Assembly (NCBI GenBank): GCA_044351885.1
Contig: JBILEW010000004.1
Span: 10,155-74,154 of the forward strand
Source of the DNA: Bdellovibrionota bacterium
Lineage (GTDB): Bacteria > Bdellovibrionota_C > UBA2361 > OMII01
Length of the DNA: 64,000 bases
Reading direction: 5' to 3'
Shown piece by piece: positions 25,275-34,464 of this stretch. A model generated the notes under the pieces. It ran no database searches and was not told the origin of the DNA. It worked only from the letters and a program-made list of their open reading frames with translations. Each line of letters begins with the position of its first letter. The first letter of the stretch is position 1. A program made the position numbers and the translations under genes.

Positions 25275-25877
25275 CTAAGTCGTTACAGCAGTCGCCAAGA
25301 AGCTAGACTCCTTGGTTTCCAGTTTCTCGGCATAGCACCCGGCACAGGCAGGAAGGTACTTCTCCTCGGCCCCTAGCTCAATCGAAGGTCCTTCGATAGT
25401 TGGCTTGCCGTTCAAGAATTTCAAGTTGAAGAGCGCGCGGCGATTACAAAAAAAGCAGGTCGTCTTGATCTCCGATATCTCGTCGGCAAGTTCGAACAAA
25501 CGACGAGAGCCCTCGAAGAGCTCTGTTCTGAAGTCTGAGCGTAATCCGTAACAGATGACCGGAATATCGAGGTCGATAGCGAGTGCGCGCAGTTGATTGA
25601 TCACGTGCTGGGAGAGGAACTGCGCTTCGTCGACAAGCATACAATTAATCCCTTCGAACTGTTCGGGCTGAAAGTCGGTGTCCTGTTGAAGGAGGATATC
25701 TGCATCCCGTTCCAACCCTGCGCGCGATTTTATGGTATTTTCACCGAATCTATCGTCCAGGGCGGGTTTCATGACAAGCACCCGCTTATTTTGCTGTCCG
25801 TACGAGTGCGCCACTGCGAGAAGATTTAGGGTCTTCGCGCTTCCTACGGTGCCGTATCGAAAATAGAGTTTTGCCAT
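25275..25877 (-). CDS. tdk: thymidine kinase
   Basis: P-loop GTVGSAKT, VDEAQFL, and the zinc-binding pairs CFFCNRRA...CAGCY typical of TK1-type kinases. Confidence 0.9.
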   Translation of the reverse strand: MAKLYFRYGTVGSAKTLNLLAVAHSYGQQNKRVLVMKPALDDRFGENTIKSRAGLERDADILLQQDTDFQPEQFEGINCMLVDEAQFLSQHVINQLRALAIDLDIPVICYGLRSDFRTELFEGSRRLFELADEISEIKTTCFFCNRRALFNLKFLNGKPTIEGPSIELGAEEKYLPACAGCYAEKLETKESSFLATAVTT

Positions 25878-26100
25878 ACCTGTCGCATAATTCGAGTCTG
25901 TGGCACGGGAGCAGCCACGAAAAGGAGATAGCGCGAAAGTATACGGAATTGAAAAGTAAAATCCAAGCGCTTACTTAGTAGCCGTAGCGTTCGACCTGGA
26001 GAGAGGTCGTTCGAATAACGGCAAGATCTATGGCTCTAGCCGCCAGAGTGCAAAAGCGCTAAAATCCTGATGAATACGGGTAGATGAGAGTACAACGTCT

Positions 26101-26137
26101 CACGACTTACGGCATATATAGGGTGCTGTAAGTCGTG
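26101..26137 (+). promoter_or_regulatory. perfect 10-bp inverted repeat (CACGACTTAC-N17-GTAAGTCGTG) in the tdk / 26183 divergent intergenic region
   Basis: Read directly from the sequence. The loop contains CATATATAGGGT, which is -10-like. The repeat lies 46 nt upstream of ATG 26183. Function unknown. Confidence 0.35.
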
Positions 26138-26182
26138 GTGATGACGTTCGAGTTTCAAGGTTTTTCCCCAAGGAGAGAAATC

Positions 26183-26665
26183 ATGCGCAAGCTTGATCGG
26201 ATCTGCCGGGTATGTCAGCAACCCTTTTCTTGCTCGAGTTTTGGTGAGGTCTGTTCGAAGGAATGCGATGAGCGCCTTTCGCAGACCAAATACTATGAAT
26301 TCGAATTAGGCGAAGCGGTTGCGGAACTGAATGAGTTTGAGGAGGGAGTATATCTTCCGTTGTTCCTTAAGCTCGCACGTGCTGAGGCTCAACTGCGTGC
26401 ACTGCAGATCGGTGTGTGTATGCTCTCACGGAGCGACCACATGACTGCAACGCACAGTGATTCTCTCGAGGTTCGAGAGTGGAAGGAAGAACAGTTGGAG
26501 CATGACGAGTGGACAATCTCTCTCCTAAAACGTCCGATACGACGGCTACGGAAGAAAGTGCGTCTACTCGAGGAAGAACTGAGAGAGATTGACCAACGGT
26601 GGCGATCCCTCTCTGACCGCAAGGAAGCTGTCCTGAAAGAATTGAGCAGGGCACGTGGAGACTAA
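26183..26665 (+). CDS. zinc-ribbon / coiled-coil protein, function unknown
   Basis: An AGGAG sequence lies 8 nt upstream of ATG 26183. N-terminal CRVC...C...C, followed by heptad-like charged helices. Confidence 0.5.
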   Translation: MRKLDRICRVCQQPFSCSSFGEVCSKECDERLSQTKYYEFELGEAVAELNEFEEGVYLPLFLKLARAEAQLRALQIGVCMLSRSDHMTATHSDSLEVREWKEEQLEHDEWTISLLKRPIRRLRKKVRLLEEELREIDQRWRSLSDRKEAVLKELSRARGD

Positions 26666-26778
26666 GATGTTTTGTGAAGTTAATAGTGGGAGCCGACGAG
26701 CGTTGGTGACCACCTCAATGGTTTATCCAACGCGCGTCACCCCACACCACTTTAAAAACTTAAGATGGATTTAGAACC

Positions 26779-27447
26779 GTGTGGACCCTTTACCAGCATT
26801 CGAATGGGAATTTGTATCTTAGTCTCGGAACTGCAAGGCATTCCGAAAGCTGTGAGCCATTGGAGGTGTATCGCACCCTTTACGACAACGACATGGCGCC
26901 GATATGGGCGCGCCCTCAGGCCATGTTTCATGAGGAGGTGGCTCCCGGTCTTAAGCGATTTACCGAAGTAGGTCGAGTTCGAATAATGATGCCGGAGGAT
27001 AGTGAGCGCTACCTCGAATTCGGACACGACGCGTGGGGGGAGGGGGCGACTGTTGAGGAATTCGTAGCTTCCTATGCGCACGACAAGGACTATCTTCGAG
27101 GGACTCGCTATCTGTTGGAGTCCCCAAGGGGAGAGCCTATCGGCAATCTCAACACCATACGATTCGCCCGAGGGCTCGTCGGTATAGCTTCTGTCTCGGT
27201 GAATCCGAGCCAGAGGGGGCGTGGTTATGGATCGATCCTCACGCGAGCGGTGATGGAGCTTCTGAGATGTGAGGAGCCATCGATGCGTTTTATGTTGTAC
27301 TCTGAGGTGAAGCCATCGATGTATGAAAGGCTTGGATTCGCGCGACTACCGAACGAGATGCAGTTCCACCTTCCGGCGCTAGCCATGGTCACGGGGGACG
27401 CACCTATCACGGAGCATGAGCTTTCGTTTCTACGGGAATACTTTTAG
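26779..27447 (+). CDS. DUF1653-like N-terminal domain fused to a GNAT N-acetyltransferase
   Basis: YQHSNGNLYLSLGTARHSESCEPLEVYRTLY...IWARPQAMF resembles DUF1653. QRGRGYGSILTRAVME is GNAT motif A. Confidence 0.6.
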   Translation: MWTLYQHSNGNLYLSLGTARHSESCEPLEVYRTLYDNDMAPIWARPQAMFHEEVAPGLKRFTEVGRVRIMMPEDSERYLEFGHDAWGEGATVEEFVASYAHDKDYLRGTRYLLESPRGEPIGNLNTIRFARGLVGIASVSVNPSQRGRGYGSILTRAVMELLRCEEPSMRFMLYSEVKPSMYERLGFARLPNEMQFHLPALAMVTGDAPITEHELSFLREYF

Positions 27448-27455
27448 GAGGCGAG

Positions 27456-27488
27456 GAGGGGAACAGCGGAGTAACCGCTATTCCCCTC
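27456..27488. terminator. bidirectional hairpin between convergent genes
   Basis: GAGGGGAACAGCGG-AGTAA-CCGCTATTCCCCTC forms a 14-bp stem with one mismatch. It lies between stop 27447 (+) and stop 27526 (-). Confidence 0.6.
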
Positions 27489-27525
27489 GGGTTTACAGCA
27501 TTCCATGCGTCGGGTCTGGTAAGGT

Positions 27526-27969
27526 CTATTGCTTCTTGGCCGTAAATGTCACCACCTGGTTGTCGCGATCCAAGCAGACAGCAAAGATCTGATTGTTGTT
27601 TCTCACATGACCTTCGCAGTGGTTGACGTACCCTTCCAACTCCTCTCCCGATACAGTGAGTGAGAAATCAAAGGAACTTCCGAAGACCGTTCCAACAAGG
27701 GTGTAGGGACTATCTTGATTGGTGTTGTTCACGCGGTAGCCATTTTGCGTTAGCTCAAAGGTAAGAGGCCCAAGTACGGGAGTATTCTCTCTCCCCTGAG
27801 TGAACGCCTTCCAGGTTCCCTTTACGTTTGCCGAGCAGGTTCCGCAGCGCGGATTGCAGCTTGGAATTTTGAGCGCGCAGGCACTATCTGGGGAGATAAA
27901 AACCGAGCTGGCGATCACTAATACGGTGGTGACAATTGAGGCTAGAGCGGCGCCGATAAGTGTCTTCAT
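27526..27969 (-). CDS. small secreted Cys-containing protein, function unknown
   Basis: Signal peptide MKTLIGAALASIVTTVLVIASSVF. A GAGGA sequence lies upstream of ATG 27969. Confidence 0.5.
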   Translation of the reverse strand: MKTLIGAALASIVTTVLVIASSVFISPDSACALKIPSCNPRCGTCSANVKGTWKAFTQGRENTPVLGPLTFELTQNGYRVNNTNQDSPYTLVGTVFGSSFDFSLTVSGEELEGYVNHCEGHVRNNNQIFAVCLDRDNQVVTFTAKKQ

Positions 27970-28056
27970 ATTGAGTCCTCTAGAATAGGGTTCGTTGCCC
28001 CTTACAGATACTATGCGGATGGAGGGTCGTGAAGGGGATAAATCGGCCATGCCCCC

Positions 28057-28329
28057 TTATGAGCCCGGGTCTGAAGCCCCTTTTGGCGATATTCCGGAGG
28101 CAAGCCATGTGGCCAGGACGAACGGAGCAGTAAGCGTAGGCAATTCCACGTAACCAAATGCCGCATACAACGGTAACTTTGCAATCGTCGCTCCGATTGC
28201 TAGGAATGGTTTATCTTTGAGAGCTATTGCACAAAGAGCTGCGTTGTACCCTAGTAGGCCGCTGGCCACCGCAGCATTCACAGCTTCGTGAACATTTGGC
28301 CTCAAGTCGAAACTGTAATCGGCCGACAC
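28057..28329 (-). pseudogene. C-terminal remnant of a urea-transporter (UT) family gene
   Basis: The 90-aa ORF carries LLGYNAALCAIAL and LPTLTAPFVLATWL, which resemble the last third of UT-family proteins. Only 94 nt remain upstream before the next gene, so there is no room for the N-terminal two thirds. Confidence 0.4.
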
Positions 28330-28423
28330 CCTCTACGGAGCCGAGAGAAAATTCCCCTCTCCCTCGAGATTGAAAGGAGAACTATCTCGATATCGGCTTA
28401 TGTAGCTACTTAAAGGAGCGATT

Positions 28424-28825
28424 ATGTTCGAGCTTCCTCCAGAAGAACCGCAGGCTTTAGTAGTCGATGACGTTCCAGCAACCAGGGCTGCCCTCAAGGA
28501 TATGCTGTACGAGATCGGTTTCAAACGGGTCATGGAGGCGTCAGGAGGCCGTGAGGCGCTCGAGAAGCTGAAAAGCGAGGGCGCGGACCTAATCGTGTGT
28601 GACTACATGATGGAGGATATGTCGGGGCTCGATCTGCTTAATCAATTGCGAAATCACGCCTATCTGGTTGATATCCCCTTCATCGTCGTGAGCTCCAACG
28701 GCGATGCGCCAGTGATTGAGACGGCAATCGATCTCGGGGCAGCCGAGTACCTCGTCAAGCCGGTAAGCTTTCAACTTCTGAAGAAAAAAATTACTGACGT
28801 CCTCATGCGGCGTATGCGCCCGTAG
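28424..28825 (+). CDS. single-domain CheY-like response regulator
   Basis: Receiver motifs VVDD, LIVCDYMMEDMSG (phospho-Asp) and YLVKP. Confidence 0.9.
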   Translation: MFELPPEEPQALVVDDVPATRAALKDMLYEIGFKRVMEASGGREALEKLKSEGADLIVCDYMMEDMSGLDLLNQLRNHAYLVDIPFIVVSSNGDAPVIETAIDLGAAEYLVKPVSFQLLKKKITDVLMRRMRP

Positions 28826-28885
28826 AGAATCGGGGCTTTTGTTGCCTAGATTCCCTGACAAGAGCGTCGATGGAACTACTGCCCG

Positions 28886-31800
28886 TCACACAAACGCATC
28901 GGTCGTAGTTGTTCCTTTGGCTTCCGAGGCAGAGCTTTGGGCGATCTCGCAGATCCTGCTGACCACTCCAGCGATAGACAGAACCTGATTGGCCAAAGAT
29001 GTCACGAGCGCTGCCGCTTCGTCGAACTTGTCCTGCTTGCACAGGCTCTCGACAGTCGAAGCCAGCTTACCTGAAGTTACCGCACCTACATCCAGGAGTA
29101 GCCCCTTGAGAGCATGGGCGGCGGACTTCAGCTCGCCTAAATCCCTCTCGGTCTTGGCACGGGTCAGATCAGCTAGCGGACCCTTGAACGACGAATCAAA
29201 CGCCTTAAGAATCAGAATTGTTCTACGCACTGATTCTCCGGAGCGCACGAAGACGTCGGCGATATCGAATATCTGAGTGAATGATACCTCGTCATCGAGG
29301 ACTTCGAAATCAGCCATACTTGTTTCTGCCCTAAGCTGCTTCCACGCCCGAAACGCTGTGTCCTGCAGTTGTGCCACTTCAGGGCATAGCTCAGGTTCGT
29401 CATAGGTCCGAACGTGGTCTAGGCGATCGGAACCCGCCGGTCGTTCACCTTTTTGCCATACGGCGCCTCCATGTGTCGTCAGCACCCGCGCCAGCTCGGT
29501 CGGCTGAATCGGTTTAGTGACCACATCGTCCACTCCACATCTTCTCATGTTATCGATCTCGTCCGTCATCGCGTGCGCAGTCACGGCGATTACTGGGATG
29601 TGAGAGCCTCGCCCCGAAGATAGTTCGAGTTCACGGATTCTTTGCGTTGCAGTGATTCCGTCCATCAAGGGCATCTGTATATCGGTAAGTACGATGTCGA
29701 AACCTTTCGAGGAGGACTCTCCATCGATCTGGCCTTTGAGAGATGCAAGGAGGTCCAGCCCATTCTCGACACATGTAACGTGGTGCCCAGCCTCCTGAAG
29801 CATGCTCGAAAGGATGATTCGATTAGTTTCAGCATCATCGGCTATTAAGACCCGCAACGCACGAGATGCCACGAGTGTGGCTTCATCGTCGTTGCTCCAG
29901 CTCTCTTCGTCTATCTGCAACTGTCCTGCCACGACAAGCAGGATGTCTTCCAGAGAAATTGGGCGCATGAGCACATGCGGAACACCCAGAGCCGTCAATC
30001 TCTCCCTGACGGCTATATCGTAGGTCGGTACGAGGACGGCCAGTGGCACTAATTTACGTGTAGCCGCGTCCACAACAAGGTTGAATACATGCGATCGCTT
30101 GATCGCCTCCGATGTCACGATAAGGAGACCGAAGTCATTGAGATGAGCTGCCAGGTTCTGTAGCTGGGAAGACTCTGCAGAGTTCACGACGAGGCTTTCG
30201 ATCCCGTATCTTCCGAAGGTTTCATGCATCGTCTTCACTGCGAACGAATCTCCATCGACGATAGCTGCTCGTCGGGGAGAGAAAGCGATCTCAGGCTCCT
30301 GCCACTTCGGGTCTGCTACCGTGGGCAGGAGTACGGCAAGGGTAAATTCGGTTCCCTTGCCGACCTCGCTCGTGACCTCTACGCTTCCCCTCATCTGCTC
30401 GACGAGTTGCTTTACGATGGTGAGACCAAGCCCTGTTCCAGTAAACACACGCGCCACAGAGTCGTCTGCTTGAGTGAATGGATCGAAGATGCGAGGGAGT
30501 CGCTCTGCAGGGATTCCGACTCCGGAATCCGCAACCGAGATGACAAGCTTGTGGTGTTCTCCCTCATGTCCGCCAGAATGCACGGTGAGCTTGACGAAGC
30601 CCTGGAGGGTAAACTTTATTGAATTGCCGAGAAGGTTTATGAGGCATTGCTTGAGTCGCAGTGGATCTCCGCAGAATCGATCAGGAGTGCCCGGGGTCAC
30701 GTCACAAACAAGCTCGACCTTTCCCTTCTCCTCCGCGCGCGGCGCGACCGTACGTAGTGATTCTCGTATGACATCACGAAGGCTAAAATCTATCTCTTCG
30801 AGGGAAAGGTTCCCCGTTTCCATCTTCGAGAAGTCTAGGATCTCGTTGATGGTATCGAGAAGGCTGAAGGCAGAATTTTTCGCCATCCCGATATAGGACC
30901 TCTTGGTCTTGGATGTCTCTTCCTTCATGAGAATTCGCAGCATTCCGACCACTCCGTGAATCGGTGTTCGGAGCTCGTGTGATACCTTGGCGATGAAGGT
31001 GGATTTAGCCTGGTTTGCGGCCTCTGCCTCGTCACGAGCCGTCTGCAGCTCGTGCTGTGTTCGAGCGAGGGTGTCTAACATCGAGTTGATCTGTTCTGCG
31101 AGAACTCCGAGCTCATCATGTCCAGTCACCGAGATCCGCTGCGTAGTGTCGCCTGTGAGCGAGATCGATCGTATCTGATCGACAGAAGAGCGGAGAGCCG
31201 CGATAATGACCCTGTGGACAACTAGAGCGGCCAGGAGTGTTGCTGCCAGGCTCAATAGCGTGAGAAAGAGAAGTAGTGTCGTCCGAGCGGCAAGACCCTG
31301 CATGTGCACGTAGCGTCGGAGCGTGACTTGGATCATCGCTGCTTGCTTTCCATCGACACCGGCCAGGATCCCACGGCCGATTATATTCTGATCGTCGATG
31401 ACTTCGAGCTTCGTGAAAGCAGAAGAGGCGGAATCGAGCGGAAAAATCCCGATGGTAAGCTTCGTCTGGCGTGATATATCATCGATCAGGGCTTGATCAA
31501 CCGACATGACGAACACAAAAGATCCTCGTGACGGCTTTGAGCGCTCGCTATCGAGGATCGGACTCCTCGTGACCATGATCACGCCATCCGGACCGCGCAG
31601 CAGACCAGATTCCAGTGCGGTGGAGCTTCCCGTGCGAATCGAAGGGATACCAGCACGCAGGATCTCTGAAAGTTCGTATGATAGTGGTTCGATGGATGAT
31701 AGCTGAGAATTTACCTCTTGGCCGAATATGAGATCTCCGTCCTGTGAGAAATATGCTACTGCTCTCATCCGCAGCGCTTGAAGTGTTTCGTAGTTCAGAT

Positions 31801-33052
31801 TCGTATCAATGTAATCCTTGTCTTTGCTCACTATGAAGTCGTAGGTGGCATCCCACTGCCCCCAGTCAGCGGTCTTTCCGAGGAGCTCTTGTGCGCGAGC
31901 ATGTAGCGCACGCTCAGCGCGCGTTACGTTATCTGCGAGGTTTTTGGTCTCGATCTCTTGGAAGGCACTCGTAAGGGAGGTTTCGAACACTATATACAGA
32001 AAGGCGCCCATCAGAATGAACGATGCAGACACGGTCACTAGTACGCGGACTTGTAGAGAACGGCGATAGGAGTTGGGATCTTGCAGACGGAGGTGAGAGT
32101 CCCCAGTTGCTGCGATCTGCTGGACGGTCCCCGAGAGTGTCGATAGTCGCGTCAAGACCTGCCGATCGATCAGCCACCACATGAACAGGAGCACGAAGAG
32201 TCCCGCTAGAGCCACCCCCAATACCGCCACGTTTCTTGCTCTCTCTGCGAGACGCGTTACTACGTTGTCGTCATTGAATTCGAACAGTATCGCGGGCTGC
32301 TGCGCGAAATCACGGATGAGGCCAAAGACTTGGGAGTTGCCATCGTCGGAGGCCACATGCACGAATTTCTCGCCCTCGTTGAGGCGGGTCAGTGCAAAAG
32401 ACGCCTGTGACGACGGTGTCTCCTGAGAAAAACGCCAAAAGCGCAGATCGAGGTTAGTCTGGTAGGACCATTCCTTGAAGAGAGAGTTGGTAACGAGGGA
32501 TGTGACCAACAGCATCCCACGCCCTGCCGAATCTCGTTTTGAGGGGAGGATCTCAGTGAATGCGTAGAGGACCGTTTCCCCGTTTATCTGGGCCAAGCCA
32601 CTACCGTCTTTGTTCTTCTCCTCAAGGTCTCGGTCCATGATGCTCTTGAGGACCGCGGCGGTATCATTCGGGGTCTTCTCGACCTTGCTCTCTGCTGCCA
32701 CAGTGTGGGCGCTTTGAACGAGCTCTCCCTTGCCGCTGAAGTAGAGAACGTCCCGAAATCCTAGGGTGGAGAGGGTCATGAAGTTGAGGTTCTCTTCGAC
32801 GTAGGTCTGATTCCTCGACTTCATGAATTCGAAGGTGTTGTCCCACTGCCCCCAGTCAACGACCTTTTTGTGAAGCACCTCGAGTTGATTGGTGAGGGCG
32901 TTCTGTACCCGTGTCACGTTGCGTTCAAATCGCTGTAGCTCGAGCTTCTTGAAGCTGTTCACGACAACCGTCTGTACAAGCACGACGAGCGCAGCGCACA
33001 GGAAAGCGATTGAGACGGATAGGCCCAAAACAACCCTTGTTCTAACTTTCAT
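28886..33052 (-). CDS. hybrid sensor histidine kinase: 2 x CHASE4-like, HAMP, HisKA, HATPase, pseudo-receiver, receiver, HPt
   Basis: VVDWGQWDNTFEFM and TADWGQWDATYDFI are duplicated CHASE4-type sensor signatures, each preceded by a TM helix. H-box SHELRTPIHGV. GTGLGLTIVKQL. Receiver VLTDIQMPLMDG. HPt SAAHALKGLLLDVGA. Confidence 0.9.
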   Translation of the reverse strand: MKVRTRVVLGLSVSIAFLCAALVVLVQTVVVNSFKKLELQRFERNVTRVQNALTNQLEVLHKKVVDWGQWDNTFEFMKSRNQTYVEENLNFMTLSTLGFRDVLYFSGKGELVQSAHTVAAESKVEKTPNDTAAVLKSIMDRDLEEKNKDGSGLAQINGETVLYAFTEILPSKRDSAGRGMLLVTSLVTNSLFKEWSYQTNLDLRFWRFSQETPSSQASFALTRLNEGEKFVHVASDDGNSQVFGLIRDFAQQPAILFEFNDDNVVTRLAERARNVAVLGVALAGLFVLLFMWWLIDRQVLTRLSTLSGTVQQIAATGDSHLRLQDPNSYRRSLQVRVLVTVSASFILMGAFLYIVFETSLTSAFQEIETKNLADNVTRAERALHARAQELLGKTADWGQWDATYDFIVSKDKDYIDTNLNYETLQALRMRAVAYFSQDGDLIFGQEVNSQLSSIEPLSYELSEILRAGIPSIRTGSSTALESGLLRGPDGVIMVTRSPILDSERSKPSRGSFVFVMSVDQALIDDISRQTKLTIGIFPLDSASSAFTKLEVIDDQNIIGRGILAGVDGKQAAMIQVTLRRYVHMQGLAARTTLLLFLTLLSLAATLLAALVVHRVIIAALRSSVDQIRSISLTGDTTQRISVTGHDELGVLAEQINSMLDTLARTQHELQTARDEAEAANQAKSTFIAKVSHELRTPIHGVVGMLRILMKEETSKTKRSYIGMAKNSAFSLLDTINEILDFSKMETGNLSLEEIDFSLRDVIRESLRTVAPRAEEKGKVELVCDVTPGTPDRFCGDPLRLKQCLINLLGNSIKFTLQGFVKLTVHSGGHEGEHHKLVISVADSGVGIPAERLPRIFDPFTQADDSVARVFTGTGLGLTIVKQLVEQMRGSVEVTSEVGKGTEFTLAVLLPTVADPKWQEPEIAFSPRRAAIVDGDSFAVKTMHETFGRYGIESLVVNSAESSQLQNLAAHLNDFGLLIVTSEAIKRSHVFNLVVDAATRKLVPLAVLVPTYDIAVRERLTALGVPHVLMRPISLEDILLVVAGQLQIDEESWSNDDEATLVASRALRVLIADDAETNRIILSSMLQEAGHHVTCVENGLDLLASLKGQIDGESSSKGFDIVLTDIQMPLMDGITATQRIRELELSSGRGSHIPVIAVTAHAMTDEIDNMRRCGVDDVVTKPIQPTELARVLTTHGGAVWQKGERPAGSDRLDHVRTYDEPELCPEVAQLQDTAFRAWKQLRAETSMADFEVLDDEVSFTQIFDIADVFVRSGESVRRTILILKAFDSSFKGPLADLTRAKTERDLGELKSAAHALKGLLLDVGAVTSGKLASTVESLCKQDKFDEAAALVTSLANQVLSIAGVVSRICEIAQSSASEAKGTTTTDAFV

Positions 33053-33134
33053 CGTTCTCTCCCCTAAGTCCCTTGGGGAGTTCGTCAGAACAGGAACATT
33101 GCTTGAGCGCGAATGCGGTATCGGCGTTTGCCGA

Positions 33135-33989
33135 TTAGGCGCTCACCTTCGTCGCAGAAACCATAACGATTCCAGGGATACCGACGTCTGGATCTTTTAT
33201 AATAAGGTCTTCGACTACTGGATTCGGAAGGCCCAACATGGGGAGAAGCTCTCTAAAATGATCTCCATAAAGCTCGGCGCATCTATATACATCAGGGGGG
33301 CCGTCAGGGCGCTTGACCTCATACTCTGTCATGCCCCGCAGAGCTGATATGAAGAGATGCCCTCCGGGTGCAATTGAGTCGCATACGTTCTTCATAACTG
33401 CCTTCCATCCGTCGAGGGTTTCGCCGACCTCTCCAGAGACAAAGAACATGCCGGTAATCGCATGAGGGGTCAGAGGAACCCTTGATGTGTTGACGATCGG
33501 CGACCTTAGAACATTGCAGGTATCAATAGATTCAATCTTACGACGCATCTCAGCAATTCGACTGGCGATATTTGCATCAGTAGGTTCAATACCTTCATTC
33601 CCGAGAGCCATAGCAATGTAGTGATTCCATGAGAAGGCATCGCTGGCTCCAGTCGCCCATCTGTGCGTCTCTTCCCGAGCCTCCTGGCGATAGTCAGTCG
33701 CGTAAAGCCTTGTCACCCATGGGGCAATCGAAATCATGTGGTGGACTCCCCCTTCGCCACTTATCTCTACGTAGTTGTCCCACGAGCGACCCAGGCGCCT
33801 TAGCTCATGATTGAGAAACTTGTTTATCGCGATCTCATCGATGCTAGGGGGGTCCTTGTAGTATGTATCAAGATAGAAGCGAGTGAAGCTGGTGAGCGCG
33901 TCGTATTCGTATGTCTGCTGGGGTGCCTCGGTAGGAATACCTTCTACGCGCGGAGAAGTTCTATCAGGTTGTGGCGATGTCATTAGCAA
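33135..33989 (-). CDS. SAM-dependent methyltransferase, NNMT/PNMT/TEMT-like
   Basis: FYLDTYYKD..., VEISGEGGVHHMI (motif I region), LYATDYRQEAREETHRWATGASDAFSWNHYI and GGHLFISAL. These parallel the NNMT-family pattern (DIGSGPT, SDy..Nr.El.kWL...DWS, GGhL). Confidence 0.5.
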   Translation of the reverse strand: MLMTSPQPDRTSPRVEGIPTEAPQQTYEYDALTSFTRFYLDTYYKDPPSIDEIAINKFLNHELRRLGRSWDNYVEISGEGGVHHMISIAPWVTRLYATDYRQEAREETHRWATGASDAFSWNHYIAMALGNEGIEPTDANIASRIAEMRRKIESIDTCNVLRSPIVNTSRVPLTPHAITGMFFVSGEVGETLDGWKAVMKNVCDSIAPGGHLFISALRGMTEYEVKRPDGPPDVYRCAELYGDHFRELLPMLGLPNPVVEDLIIKDPDVGIPGIVMVSATKVSA

Positions 33990-34080
33990 ATTCCCTAACT
34001 AAAGGTTGAAAAAACGGGAAAGCCTTTGTGGAAAGGCTTTCCCATTTTGAAGTTGATATAACCCTTCCCATAACCTCTTC

Positions 34081-34464
34081 TCATTTCTGGCTTGTCTCCA
34101 CTGCCTCTGGGGTAGCAGAGTGGGCTTTCTGAGGGGGGCCCGACAAGGGTCCCTTTACCAGGAAAAGGCCCACAAGGATGAAAGCCAATCCTGCGTACTG
34201 GATTCGGGTGAGATCTTCTCCTAGCACGAACACCGCGTACGCTAGGGTCAGGAGAGTGAGCAGGGAGTCCACGACTCCGGAAGCCACCCCCAGGCCAAAT
34301 TGAAGGCAGGCCCACCGAAACCCAAAAAACGCGACAACTGCCAGCACCGAGACGTATCCCATGTAATGGAACCGCCCCGGCTCAAGACTCTTCTCGGTCA
34401 ATATGTTCGCCCACACATAGGTGAGGGCGATCATCACGCAGAAGATTAGCGCTCGTGCGTCCAT
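34081..34464 (-). CDS. small 4-TM membrane protein, SMR/DMT-like transporter
   Basis: 127 aa with four hydrophobic helices. The C-terminus YAGLAFILVGLFLVKG is typical of EamA/SMR-type proteins. An AGGAG RBS is present. Confidence 0.4.
   Translation of the reverse strand: MDARALIFCVMIALTYVWANILTEKSLEPGRFHYMGYVSVLAVVAFFGFRWACLQFGLGVASGVVDSLLTLLTLAYAVFVLGEDLTRIQYAGLAFILVGLFLVKGPLSGPPQKAHSATPEAVETSQK

Noticed and set aside
25901-25915. Sigma-54-like TGGCAC-N5-CAGC.
   Set aside because: The -12 element matches only GC of TTGC. The site lies about 270 nt from the nearest downstream start. No enhancer-binding protein gene is in the window.
33995-34315. 106-aa minus-strand ORF overlapping the SMR-like gene in another frame.
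   Set aside because: Its Pro/Arg/Gly-rich composition is implausible. The overlapping 4-TM ORF has a good RBS and a membrane-protein profile.
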